DNA of 64,000 bases from Promethearchaeota archaeon (lineage in GTDB: Archaea > Asgardarchaeota > Heimdallarchaeia > Hodarchaeales > Hodarchaeaceae): assembly GCA_048938105.1 (NCBI GenBank), contig JBHLMN010000001.1, positions 256,001 to 320,000 on the forward strand, in the 5' to 3' direction. The notes under the pieces were generated by a model. That model was not told where the DNA came from. It did no database searches and saw nothing but the letters and a program-made list of their open reading frames with translations. Of the stretch, positions 9,337 to 19,561 are shown piece after piece. The first letter of the stretch is position 1; each line of letters begins with the position of its first letter. The position numbers and the translations under genes were made by a program.

Positions 9337-10658
9337 GGGGACTCCCTCCTAGCAACAAGAATGGTGGATAGCTTGATATCATATTTCTTGGGTTTGAGGC
9401 GATGGAAGACAGTGATAATTTCCAAGGCGCTAGCGATGTGGGAATCCCAATCAATACAAATTATCTTTGAACGAGCGTCAACCACATCGTCGATCGCTGA
9501 TAAGATAGGAACGGGTAAAGAGGATGTTAGAGGTTTGAGATGGTAATTCATGGTAGACAGATTAACACCCAATGCATTTGCAAGAGAAGTGCTACGTAAA
9601 CCATCCACACCCGTGTTTGGGAAGAAGTAGCGTTCCCGAAGTTGATGATTAAGGAGTAAAAAAATAATCTCTCGCCGTTTCGCTGTAAGAAGACTTGCTA
9701 TTTCCTCGTCAGCATTATTGTCTATAGATTCAACTAAACGAACAACTAAATCATAACCTAACCGCTGTATTAAGGGTTTGATTGTATCTATTGTTGCTTT
9801 ATCAAGGTCTTGTAAGATTAATTCGTGCAAACAAAACGAAGCAAATTGTAATGCGAGTAATGGGATCCCTAAACTGTGATCTGCAATTAATTCGATGATT
9901 TCTTGTGAAAAAAAGTTGGTAGGGAGGCGAGCAACTTTGATACGCTGAGATAATAGTTTCATTATTTCGTATTTGGAAAATACTGGGAAAAAGAAGTGGC
10001 GAGGATGAAAAAAGGTAAGAAAAGATCGAGAGAGTTCAAGATATTCATCCTCCAAAAGAACAGTCAAGGTCAAACTATTTACAAAACCAATAACAATGAC
10101 ACCATGCTGCGCTTGAGTTTCAATTTCAGTAATAAACTCCCTAATACGGGGAATCGCAGCTGTACCAGTGATAGTATAATCTAAGTTGTTAATGAAAATG
10201 ATGAGAGGCTTCTCAACAAGTTGAATTCGATTGAGAAAATCTTCATATGTTTCTAAGACTTTAGTAGAGGAACTGAAAGGCTCTAATATCTCACGAGGTT
10301 CACGCCAATCAGATAAATCGGTATATAAAGTGTCATAATCTTGAAAACCAATGTGATCCCATTCACGGTCGAAATGACGGGCTAAAGAAGATTTACCACA
10401 GCCTCGCAAACCATGAGCCAGAAGATGTCGAAACGGGGACTGAGAATCTTCAAATAAACGAATCGCATTCCCAATACGAATGGCAAAGTCGTATAGAACA
10501 TCCTCGCGCTCAATTAGAAAGTCAGGATTATGGGGATCAATATCAGGGCTGAAAGGGTCTTGGGTGAGACCAAAACGTTCAAACGCGGATTCTTTAACAA
10601 GCTTGCCAGAACGGCCAGCTTTTAAGGCCTCACGAAGCCGGTCAGCCAACTTAGTCAC
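9333..10658 (-). CDS. AAA+ ATPase with C-terminal winged helix (paralog of neighbour)
   Basis: N-terminal FGLTQDPF motif, Walker A GLRGCGKS, degenerate Walker B LIIFINN, wHTH STSLANALGVNLSTMNYHL; likely GTG start at 10658 preceded by AGGTG (track start 10769). Confidence 0.75.
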   Translation of the reverse strand: MTKLADRLREALKAGRSGKLVKESAFERFGLTQDPFSPDIDPHNPDFLIEREDVLYDFAIRIGNAIRLFEDSQSPFRHLLAHGLRGCGKSSLARHFDREWDHIGFQDYDTLYTDLSDWREPREILEPFSSSTKVLETYEDFLNRIQLVEKPLIIFINNLDYTITGTAAIPRIREFITEIETQAQHGVIVIGFVNSLTLTVLLEDEYLELSRSFLTFFHPRHFFFPVFSKYEIMKLLSQRIKVARLPTNFFSQEIIELIADHSLGIPLLALQFASFCLHELILQDLDKATIDTIKPLIQRLGYDLVVRLVESIDNNADEEIASLLTAKRREIIFLLLNHQLRERYFFPNTGVDGLRSTSLANALGVNLSTMNYHLKPLTSSLPVPILSAIDDVVDARSKIICIDWDSHIASALEIITVFHRLKPKKYDIKLSTILVARRESP

Positions 10659-10983
10659 GAGATACAGACACCTACGCAAGCGATGATTCGCGAGAATCGA
10701 GCTTATAAAGTCGAGAAGATTGGAATGAAATGAGGAAATAATGGTGAACGAGGAGGAAAGGGCAGTCACTCACACAGGAGAGGGCAGGAGGAGTGAAGAG
10801 GGGCACGAGATAAGCTCGCCCGCATCTTTTCGAACTAATCGAACCATTCCTTATAAACCTAACTCTAGGCGCTTCTTTATAAATAAAATTCATTCCCTTA
10901 GATACAAAGTAACTATTAGGTCTCGTTTTATAACTTAATATTAATTACGATATCATTACAAAGTCATCATTATCGAACTAACT

Positions 10984-12243
10984 TCATCGATACTTATATC
11001 GTTCTTTGGTAAAGTCTACGGGTAGCTCCCCTGTCTCCAGATACCTTCTGAGTGCCTCGCGTTTCCAGTTAAACTCTGTGATGGTCTTCTGGCGAACCGT
11101 CTCGCTCGCCAAGTATGCCTGTATTTCCGCCCGTAACTCCTGATAAAGATTCTCTGCCAGTGCCTGTGCTTTTTCGAAGAATGCTTCGTCCGCTGTCGTC
11201 CCTAGCGTTTCTTCAGTGTCATCAATCCTATGATCCTTAAATGCTTCATGAATGTGGAACACTCCTGCTTCTGTCTTCCCCCATTCTTTTATTTCATGCT
11301 CTATCTCCATTTTCAACCCCAAACTCCTTATTGTATCCTTGAGGATCACTTCCAGCATCTCCACTTCCTCGGTGATATCCGCGAGTTCTTCTACCTCAGG
11401 GAAGTTCTCTTCCACCTTGAACAGTCGCGCCATCTTCTTGAACAGGAGCTTTTGCATCTCGAACTGAATGCGTGGGATCATCTCCAGCACCCTCGCGTGG
11501 AACTTGTTGCTGTACTCTTCTGGTCTTAAGTCCCCGAACTCTTCCTCCAGTTCTACCCTGTATTTGTCATAGTTGAACACTGTTTCAAATCCCTCACGGT
11601 TCTTTAAGTCCGAATAAACATCTTTTTTCAGCATAGGCCACATCATCTTCTCGGGGTAACCTTTTATCATCTTCTCAGTATAAATAAATGCGTTATACTG
11701 ACCCATCAGGTACCCAATCTGATCTGCCAAGTCAGTTGCGTCTAACTCTGCCTCTGTTTTCGGATAGTATGGGTAATTCTTATCGATACCCTTCCAGTGA
11801 TACAGAAATTGGTTATCTGGCATCCCCCCTTCCGTTTTTTCGTGATTTTCAAGTGTTTCTGAATGTGGTGGGAACACCAACTTGATTCCTTTTAGCCGTG
11901 CACTTACTTCTTCTTCCTTTAATATGTAGATCTTGTTGCAATGTCGTTCACAGTGAAAGATCATATAACCTTCATCTGTGGTTTTTAGTTTCCCTGTTAC
12001 GGCAAAAGCGTCCGTTTTTTCGTTACACCCTGGACAAGTAACGTTAGTGATCTCAGCTACATAAGTGGTTGACACTGTCAGCCCATCTATCGTAATAAAA
12101 GCGGGTCGTGATCTATACTGATGCATTCCCTTAAGCAGCCCCTCTGATATTTTTTTAAAAGACGGTTTTGCCACCAGATCTCTAAGTGACACCTCAGGTA
12201 CAATTGTTCTCACATTATTCTCTCCTTTATTTGACCACACCAT
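10984..12243 (-). CDS. Orphan protein with N-terminal Zn ribbon (CPGC...CERHC) and acidic helical C-terminus
   Basis: 419-aa ORF; DNA visibly richer in G+C than flanks. Confidence 0.7.
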   Translation of the reverse strand: MVWSNKGENNVRTIVPEVSLRDLVAKPSFKKISEGLLKGMHQYRSRPAFITIDGLTVSTTYVAEITNVTCPGCNEKTDAFAVTGKLKTTDEGYMIFHCERHCNKIYILKEEEVSARLKGIKLVFPPHSETLENHEKTEGGMPDNQFLYHWKGIDKNYPYYPKTEAELDATDLADQIGYLMGQYNAFIYTEKMIKGYPEKMMWPMLKKDVYSDLKNREGFETVFNYDKYRVELEEEFGDLRPEEYSNKFHARVLEMIPRIQFEMQKLLFKKMARLFKVEENFPEVEELADITEEVEMLEVILKDTIRSLGLKMEIEHEIKEWGKTEAGVFHIHEAFKDHRIDDTEETLGTTADEAFFEKAQALAENLYQELRAEIQAYLASETVRQKTITEFNWKREALRRYLETGELPVDFTKERYKYR

Positions 12244-12327
12244 CTCTTATACTTTATAATTCCAATTTTTCTTTATAAGACTATACCCGAGAACTCCGAA
12301 AGTGCTGAAAGTGATCAGCATTTATGT

Positions 12328-12486
12328 CTAAGATAGTAGCCCCCGTCCCACGCGCTCGCTGTAATCTTCCCCGTACCACTCGAACTTTGCGAAGTCGTAT
12401 GGTAGCTGTCGTTGAATGAACCACATGACCACAATCCGCCCTACTGTCCCATCTATGTCGTAGATCCAGTCGTACACTACTACCAT
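12328..12486 (-). pseudogene. Possible 52-aa ORF or gene remnant (MVVVYDWIYDIDGTVGRIVVMWFIQRQLPYDFAKFEWYGEDYSERVGRGLLS)
   Basis: Manual translation; lies in the same GC-richer segment; frame is open a little further upstream to an in-frame TAG. Confidence 0.25.
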
Positions 12487-12736
12487 CTGTCTTAAAGCCG
12501 TGCGCGATACCTTACCTGAGTACTCTTCCTACCCCTTACCTCGACTCCCTCGTAAGACCCGAAAGGTGCTTACCAACAAATTGTGGCAACTCGACCAAAT
12601 CAAAGTCCATTTATAATAAAATGAAAGAAGGGGGTGAATGCAGTTTTTGATACTGTAGCACGGAGTGTCGTTAACTTTATAAGTTATTGAGTTCATAAAA
12701 CTCAAATTAAATCTATGAAAATCCAAGGAGGATTGG

Positions 12737-15046
12737 TTGGGTTTGACAAAATTAAATGTGAAATCGAATTTTATTATAATGATAGTTCTTAGCTTATTTC
12801 TTGTAGGAAGTCTTAGAAGTCTCACCAACAATATTGAACTATTAGAGAAAGATCAAAGCGATCTCCAGGAACAATACTTAGAGGCACTCCAAGATTCAGG
12901 GAACAACCCTGATATAAACGAGGATAGCAGAGGGAAAATCGAGGGAATCACTAGTTATGAGGAGCATGCTCCTATATCTATTACTAGCAATACTGATTTC
13001 AATAATACTGCTGATGCTGAAGGATGGCCTGGGAATGGCTCTGTTGTCAACCCGTATATTATACAGGGACTCAATATCACGGGTCAATCAGGGGATAGCT
13101 TGATTTTTATAGAATTCACAAATGTCTATTTTCAGATAAATAACTGTCTTTTAGCGGGTGGTGATTATGGATTATTCCTGTCTAGTATTAGTAATGGTTT
13201 GATATCCAATAACACCATTGTTTCCAACACTTGTGGATGTTGGCTTGAAAGTTCCCAGAACACCATTTTTTTCAATAATTCTTTCTCTGACAACCAATAT
13301 GGAGTTTATCTTATGTCCTCCTCAAATAATAATCTTCTAAATAATTCTTTCTCCAGTAACTTCAAAAGTGGAGTGCTTTTTATTAGTTCAGGTAACAATA
13401 GGATCGTGAATAATAGCTTCATCAATAGCGGTCTTTTCATTTCTTCTGGTACTCTTTCGGATTGTATACAGGCCGAAGTAACTAATAATACTGTAAATGG
13501 AAAACCTCTAATATATTGGCAGAATATTAATGGAGGAACTATCCCAAGTGGGGCTGGTCAAATCATCCTAGTCAATTGCCAATCAGTCACAATAACTGGT
13601 CAGAACATATCTGATACTAGTGGAGGACTACAGGTAGTTCACAGTTCTAACGTGACCATATCCAATAATATCGCTTCTGACAATGCATATGCGGGAATTA
13701 CACTTTATTATTCAACAGGAAATATGCTTTTCAATAATTATATCTTGGACAATTACTATGAAGGAATAAAACTATTTTACTCAGAAAATAATGAGATTTC
13801 AAACAATACTATAGCATATAACTCATTTGGAATCCTTGTTGAAGACTCCTCGATTAGTAATGCTATTCTCAACAATATGGTTCTCAACAATTCTTATGGA
13901 ATATGGCTTAGAGCGTTTACTTCCACAAACACCATTTCAGGTAATACAGTCTCTTACAACTCTAACTATGGAATTTTTGTTCAACTATCTACAAATAATG
14001 ACATCTATGGTAATACCATCTCCGATAATGATGGTTACGGAGTCTTATTAGCTGGCTCAGAAAATAATATAATTATTTGGAACGATTTCAAAAATAACAA
14101 TCTTGGTGGCTCCTCTCAGGGATCCGATGTCAGCAATACTGGTCTAGCTAACACTTTTGACTACAACTACTGGAATGAATGGACCACACCAGATATGAAT
14201 AGTGATGGTATTGTAGATAATTCCTATGTAATTGATGGTGATTCAGACAACCAAGATTCACATCCCTTAACCTCTCCCTCACACCTTTCACCAACAATTA
14301 TTACTTTTCCTAATGGTGATTGCACTCTTAATGGCATTATCACTATCCAATGGTCATCAACCATTGACCAGTGGGGCCATATGGTCACGTATACGGTTTA
14401 TTACTCCAATGATAGTGGTAGTACATGGTTTACTTTGGTATCAGGCCTGGATGACACCAGTTACCAGTGGGATACTACCACAGTACTTGATGGGTCAGAA
14501 TACCTGCTTAAAGTGGTTGCCACTTGTTATGCTGGTCTAACTACGGAAGATGTTACTGATTCCACCTTTACTATTCAAAATGCTATGGTTACTTCTCCTT
14601 CGGCCCCTCAAAGTCTAACTGCGACAGCAGGAGAATTATCTATCTACTTAAGTTGGACTGCACCTAGTAACGATGGTGGATCAACTATTACTGGCTATCG
14701 TGTATATCGTGGGACCAGTAATGGAGTATACCTCCTTATCTTCATTGCTTCAGACACCAACTACACCGATACTCTAGTTAATGGTAGTGTGACCTACTAT
14801 TACGTAATCACAGCAATTAATGCTGTTGGTGAAAGTGCTTTTTCCATTGAGGTCAGTGCTACTCCAACAACACCTGCAACAACCCAAATACCTACTACTA
14901 TCACGACCTCTACCACCACTCAAGAGACCACTTCTGAAACAACGACGACGACAAAGGCAGCAGCAGGTGCGTTCCCTGGGGTGTTAGTAATTCTGGTAGT
15001 CTTTAGTACCCTTGTGGTATTTCCTCGAAGACGAAAGAAAACGTAA
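12737..15046 (+). CDS. Cell-surface glycoprotein: NosD/right-handed beta-helix repeats, FN3 domain, Thr-rich stalk, C-terminal TM anchor
   Basis: N-terminal hydrophobic segment; repeated NNxIxxN...GI motifs; PSAPQSL...LSWTAP...YRVYR FN3; TTTT linker; FPG-TM-RRRKKT tail. Confidence 0.9.
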   Translation: MGLTKLNVKSNFIIMIVLSLFLVGSLRSLTNNIELLEKDQSDLQEQYLEALQDSGNNPDINEDSRGKIEGITSYEEHAPISITSNTDFNNTADAEGWPGNGSVVNPYIIQGLNITGQSGDSLIFIEFTNVYFQINNCLLAGGDYGLFLSSISNGLISNNTIVSNTCGCWLESSQNTIFFNNSFSDNQYGVYLMSSSNNNLLNNSFSSNFKSGVLFISSGNNRIVNNSFINSGLFISSGTLSDCIQAEVTNNTVNGKPLIYWQNINGGTIPSGAGQIILVNCQSVTITGQNISDTSGGLQVVHSSNVTISNNIASDNAYAGITLYYSTGNMLFNNYILDNYYEGIKLFYSENNEISNNTIAYNSFGILVEDSSISNAILNNMVLNNSYGIWLRAFTSTNTISGNTVSYNSNYGIFVQLSTNNDIYGNTISDNDGYGVLLAGSENNIIIWNDFKNNNLGGSSQGSDVSNTGLANTFDYNYWNEWTTPDMNSDGIVDNSYVIDGDSDNQDSHPLTSPSHLSPTIITFPNGDCTLNGIITIQWSSTIDQWGHMVTYTVYYSNDSGSTWFTLVSGLDDTSYQWDTTTVLDGSEYLLKVVATCYAGLTTEDVTDSTFTIQNAMVTSPSAPQSLTATAGELSIYLSWTAPSNDGGSTITGYRVYRGTSNGVYLLIFIASDTNYTDTLVNGSVTYYYVITAINAVGESAFSIEVSATPTTPATTQIPTTITTSTTTQETTSETTTTTKAAAGAFPGVLVILVVFSTLVVFPRRRKKT

Positions 15047-15432
15047 ACCATTTTCAATCCCTCTTTTCTCCTAAAAAGCGGGTTAGATAGCCTTATAATG
15101 TGAATAAAATCAAAAGACTCCTCATTCACATGTTATATTAAGTGATTCGGAGGATGTACAAACACCTTCTCAAAAAATATTGACATTGATGAATTTGTCA
15201 ATCTCTTTTCATTTATTCCAGTTTTGAATTACATATTCTATTTGAATTTATACACATTCCAGTTTTAAGTCATTTTATTCATTAAGGTTGGTAAAAGTGT
15301 AGTTTTATCTCAGCATAAGAAGGACAATTTTTACTAGTTTTTTTTTATTTATAGATATTTGTTACTAGAGAAACGGACATATATTTCTAGATTCATCATT
15401 TCCTTTATCAGGACAAGAACAACACCTAAAGT

Positions 15433-15645
15433 GTGCTAATCTTTGGGGATATAGGCTTTTCATTCTTGAGTAAAGACGAGATTAGACATAGATTACACAT
15501 TCTTACTTCACCTAAGTATAGCCAAAAACACCAAATAGTTGTTTCTCATTGCCCTCCGTTTCAATGTCTTGACCTTGCTTGCCGTTTAAGCCAAACGTTC
15601 CTCGGATCAAAAGGATTAAGAGAAACACTTGAGTACCTTCTGTGA
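15433..15645 (+). pseudogene. Fragment of an Icc-like metallophosphoesterase
   Basis: IVVSHCPP...D...GSKGLRE matches the C-terminal half of calcineurin-like phosphoesterases; N-terminal metal motifs absent. Confidence 0.5.
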
Positions 15646-15725
15646 TACTACCCTCTCGCCAACCATACTCCTTAGTGGGGATCTCGCGTGGAGAAAATTC
15701 GAGATTCTTTCTTCTGGGATAAAAA

Positions 15726-16157
15726 CTATAACGAGCTCTGAGAATCGACATAAAAAGTGAGAAACACTAATGTCGGTATCTTTGATTGAATCCGTTTGAA
15801 GTGGTATACATAGTAACTTGACCGAGGCATGTACACCTCAAGTAAAAAGGGAGAGGAAGGTGTCAACCCAAGTAGTGTTTCTACCACCCACTGTTCCAGT
15901 TTGTTACCTAGAAGATAATATTGGCTCTTTTTCTTCTGAAAAATAAAGGGTAACATTAATTGATCATTCAGTGTGTTTGGTACTATCTGTTTTAGGATTT
16001 CGAGTTCTGAAATCTCCACATACGATTCTTCCCCATTCTTCAGTTCAATTTCTGGATGATTGAGAAGTGATGTCAAAGATTTTTTCGTTTTGGGCAATGA
16101 ACCAATAATTTTGGCCTTTTCTGACTCCCACAATCCTTCCAGTAGTTTTTTTGACAT
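15726..16157 (-). CDS. DUF61/UPF0216 family protein
   Basis: LPKTKKSLTSLL..PEIELKNGE...ELEIL...LMLPF pattern. Confidence 0.7.
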   Translation of the reverse strand: MSKKLLEGLWESEKAKIIGSLPKTKKSLTSLLNHPEIELKNGEESYVEISELEILKQIVPNTLNDQLMLPFIFQKKKSQYYLLGNKLEQWVVETLLGLTPSSPFLLEVYMPRSSYYVYHFKRIQSKIPTLVFLTFYVDSQSSL

Positions 16158-16189
16158 CCCTTATCGTTCTCTCTATTTTTTGGCCAGTT

Positions 16190-16915
16190 TTACCGACGCC
16201 GAGGACGAAATTTTACCTCAGTCTTTTTTGTGGTCTCTTCTACCCCTGCGACTGATTCCGTTAGTTCTCGCAACTCTTTTAGGCGATCCTTTTCTTTTTG
16301 AAAGCTTTTGGCCTCTTTAACAGATTTACTTTCTTCACTTGATAGTGCTGACTTGTATGTGCGTGATACCTGAAAACGCCATAAGATAAATCCTCCCCCC
16401 AATAGAACTGCGCCTCCTCCAATTATTAATAGCTCCGTTAAACCTTCATATGGAGTTGAGGATTCTGTGGTGGTAGATGTTACAATGGTTGTGTGTTCTG
16501 ACGCATCATACAGAATTGCGAGTATTTTGATATGATAATAAAAATCCTCATCACTTAACCCATGGTCTTCTGCTTTTATCATGAAATCTTTTTCTTGATT
16601 CACTCGCATTCCAATCATGGCATTTATAAACGGTTGAACATAGATTTGTTTTAGACTTTCTTCTGCTGATTCAGGAAATTGGTTTACAACGGTATTAGGA
16701 ATTTTTTCATCTTGAGTTCTTCTAAGATAGACATACTCCAAATCTACATCAATATTCCCTGCTTTTTCGATAGTATGTGCCTCGTCCAACCACAGAGAAT
16801 AATTAACGTTTAATACATCTCCGTAGTCCACAGGCTCCGCAGCAGTAATTGGATTAAGATTAAGAGTCCATAAACTCAAGAATAGCGTTATTAGTACAAA
16901 TCTTCTATGCAACAC
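16190..16915 (-). CDS. Exported, membrane-anchored FKBP-type PPIase-like protein
   Basis: Signal peptide; GDVLNVNY and FINAMIGMRVNQEKDFMIKAED FKBP motifs; Thr linker, TM helix, charged cytoplasmic tail. Confidence 0.65.
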   Translation of the reverse strand: MLHRRFVLITLFLSLWTLNLNPITAAEPVDYGDVLNVNYSLWLDEAHTIEKAGNIDVDLEYVYLRRTQDEKIPNTVVNQFPESAEESLKQIYVQPFINAMIGMRVNQEKDFMIKAEDHGLSDEDFYYHIKILAILYDASEHTTIVTSTTTESSTPYEGLTELLIIGGGAVLLGGGFILWRFQVSRTYKSALSSEESKSVKEAKSFQKEKDRLKELRELTESVAGVEETTKKTEVKFRPRRR

Positions 16916-17210
16916 AGTCCGATCGCCTGAAATTGTCTTGTTTGAGGGCGTTTCTTATGGATTCTTTAACCTTTTTTGATGCCAATCTATTCTCAATTCA
17001 ACTAGGTTTTTATCGAAGGAGAGTATAATTTCAATTGACTTCCAATGATATTCCTCCTAAACTAGAAATAACCAGTTATTTAATGATATTTTCTGACATT
17101 AAAGAATAAAATAGTTGTATTAGCTAAATTAAAACAGCAATCATCCAATTATATTGAGTAAGAATGTTTAATATAAGAGAAACCAATGTATGTCTTTCAG
17201 GTTGAGGTAA

Positions 17211-17648
17211 GTGGATCGTCCTAATGGTTACAATATCTTATTAGTTGATGATGATATTGAGCAAGCGCTTTTCATAAAACAAATTCTTGAAACGTCTTTC
17301 TCGAATGAGATTGTTGTTTTTTGGTATGAAAATGGTGAGGCAGCTCTAGACTTTCTTGATGTTAAAACATCCCCCACAATCTCATTAATTCTATTGGAAA
17401 TTGAAAGCACTACTTTTGATGGTGTATCGGTTTTAAAACGGCTTAAAAGTGTTTCTTCACGCCATAGAATCATTCCCATCATTATCTTTTCACGATCACA
17501 AGACCAACCAAGAATTAAACGTTGTTTTTCCCTTGGCGTCAACTCATGGGTTAAGAAACCATCCGATCCTAGGGTCTTCCGAGATACCCTTGGGATCATT
17601 CTTGAATTCTGGCTTACTCATGCCATTTTACCATCCTCTCTTACATAA
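17211..17648 (+). CDS. Single-domain response regulator receiver, atypical (phospho-acceptor Asp replaced by Glu)
   Basis: ILLVDDD...SLILLEIE...IPIIIFS...KP. Confidence 0.85.
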   Translation: MDRPNGYNILLVDDDIEQALFIKQILETSFSNEIVVFWYENGEAALDFLDVKTSPTISLILLEIESTTFDGVSVLKRLKSVSSRHRIIPIIIFSRSQDQPRIKRCFSLGVNSWVKKPSDPRVFRDTLGIILEFWLTHAILPSSLT

Positions 17649-17696
17649 TTTGATCTATTTAGTTTCATTAATGGTATAAATCGTGAGATGTAGCGT

Positions 17697-18125
17697 GTGA
17701 TAGATACTGAAAGAAAGAATGTAGTCCTTCTGGTCGAGGATTCCCCTGATCACGCTTTCCTTATCAAACGAGCTATATCAGCTGTAATTCAAGAGTTAAA
17801 TATCCTATGGGCTAAAGATGGTGCGGAAGCAATTGAACTTATCTTAAAAAGGGGATTAAGACCTGATCTAATTCTCCTAGACATTAAAATGCCGCGAATG
17901 AACGGCTTTGAAGTGTTAGAAATTTTAAAAAATAATAAAGAAACAGCTCATATTCCGATTGTGATTTTATCTACCTCTGCTAATGAAAAAGATGTTTCAC
18001 GTGCCTATTTACTTGGAACTAATTGTTACATCACCAAACCTGTTGAAATCGCTGATTTTCAATTGAAATTACGAAGTATCCCAGTGTATTGGCTTCGCAT
18101 TAACATCGCTCCCCCTATTTTCTGA
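17697..18125 (+). CDS. Single-domain response regulator receiver (Rcp1/CheY-like)
   Basis: LLVED, PDLILLDIKMPRMNG, IPIVILST, YITKP. Confidence 0.92.
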   Translation: MIDTERKNVVLLVEDSPDHAFLIKRAISAVIQELNILWAKDGAEAIELILKRGLRPDLILLDIKMPRMNGFEVLEILKNNKETAHIPIVILSTSANEKDVSRAYLLGTNCYITKPVEIADFQLKLRSIPVYWLRINIAPPIF

Positions 18126-18253
18126 ATTCTAAACTGGTTCTAGGAACAACTTTCCAAGCTTTATTGATATTTAAATTGAATCGTAGAACAATCTACATAA
18201 GTTTATTAGTCCAATGTGGATCAAAACTATTACTAAAAGAAGAAGGTCATTTC

Positions 18254-19033
18254 ATGGAAGAAAAATCATCTGAGCTTATTTTTCGATCAGATCCCAGTAA
18301 AACTGTTTGTGAATGTACAACTGATATAAGACCTGAATGGATTGTCGTTGGTTTTCCTGGACATGGATTAGTTGGTAATATTGCCGCAAAACACATTATA
18401 AAAGAGCTTGATTTAGAGTGGATTGGATCAATCCGTTCTCCTCTCATCCCTCCTGTTTCCGTGTTTATGGATGGTATTCTATCTTATCCTTATAGAATTT
18501 ATGGTAGTAAGGAACGTAAAATAGCGATTCTAATCGGTGAATCTCCGTGTCCACCTCAAGCGTATTATTATCTTGCTAATGCTGTGTTAGAATGGGCAAT
18601 TAGTATTGGAACCAAACAAGTTATTTGTCTGGACGGATTTATAGCAGATCCTCGGGATGAAAAAACAAATAATGTATTCTTGGTAGCTGAACCTCAGGTC
18701 TACGAGGAAAATGGGAAATTGATACAATTTAATTTTCCCAAACCCCATACTGGTTTCATTTCTGGACTCTCTGGAGCAATTATGAATGAGGCGCTTTTAA
18801 CGCCTATTGAAGGCTTTTCACTCCTTGTTCCTGTATCCACTCAATATCCCGACCCAGGAGGCGCTGCTAAACTGATTGATGCAATTAATCAAATAAAAGG
18901 TCTTGAAGTTGACACTTCTAAGCTCCTTCAGGATGCAGAGAAAATTCAAAAATCTCTGATGGAATTATCAGAGCGAAACCGACAACTGACACAAGGAGAA
19001 GGAGTAGAACCTAGTAAAGGGCTTTATGTTTGA
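18254..19033 (+). CDS. PAC2-family proteasome assembly chaperone
   Basis: GFPGHGLVGNIA, GFISGLSGA, YPDPGGAA; likely ATG start at 18254 (track start 18164). Confidence 0.88.
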   Translation: MEEKSSELIFRSDPSKTVCECTTDIRPEWIVVGFPGHGLVGNIAAKHIIKELDLEWIGSIRSPLIPPVSVFMDGILSYPYRIYGSKERKIAILIGESPCPPQAYYYLANAVLEWAISIGTKQVICLDGFIADPRDEKTNNVFLVAEPQVYEENGKLIQFNFPKPHTGFISGLSGAIMNEALLTPIEGFSLLVPVSTQYPDPGGAAKLIDAINQIKGLEVDTSKLLQDAEKIQKSLMELSERNRQLTQGEGVEPSKGLYV

Positions 19034-19039
19034 AAAAGA

Positions 19040-19561
19040 TCAATCTTGTTTCGGGGGATTACTCTGCCACTCAAGAATACAATCCCAATTGTCAAAATAG
19101 GGTTTCAAAGATCTGGCCAATGATTTAGATAGCTTTGAATTGGATTGGTTGTTCAGAATCTGGAGATCAGAGAACGGCACAGATACTATCCATTTATCAT
19201 TTTTCGTTTTTATACGATGCTTTTTTGCTATCTGTAGGAATGTTTTCGATTCTATTACAAAATGATGTTTCTGAAATGTCTCGTCCTCTTCAGGTAATCT
19301 CATTGCTAGAATTATGAAACTATCATTATTCATAAAAAATCCGATTTCAAGCTCCCATACAACTTTAGTTTCTTTTTGTAACCCTGTACATACTTTAATG
19401 TCAGCATAATGTACAAGATCCCCATTTTCTGAACGAATTATCATATCTACTTTACCAGAGTCAGCATATGGACTGAACGATTCCACACCCATCTGATATA
19501 ACTTCACTTGGATATCTAACTCTGCAATTCCATCCAGGCTAAATTCCTCATCTGGACTCAT
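19040..19561 (-). CDS. PD-(D/E)xK-fold nuclease-like protein, possibly inactive
   Basis: GIAEL...PYADSGKVDMII...ADIKVCT. Confidence 0.45.
   Translation of the reverse strand: MSPDEEFSLDGIAELDIQVKLYQMGVESFSPYADSGKVDMIIRSENGDLVHYADIKVCTGLQKETKVVWELEIGFFMNNDSFIILAMRLPEEDETFQKHHFVIESKTFLQIAKKHRIKTKNDKWIVSVPFSDLQILNNQSNSKLSKSLARSLKPYFDNWDCILEWQSNPPKQD

Noticed and set aside
8245-10658. Canonical orc1/cdc6 with a replication origin
   Set aside because: Walker B is degenerate and I found no ORB-type repeats nearby
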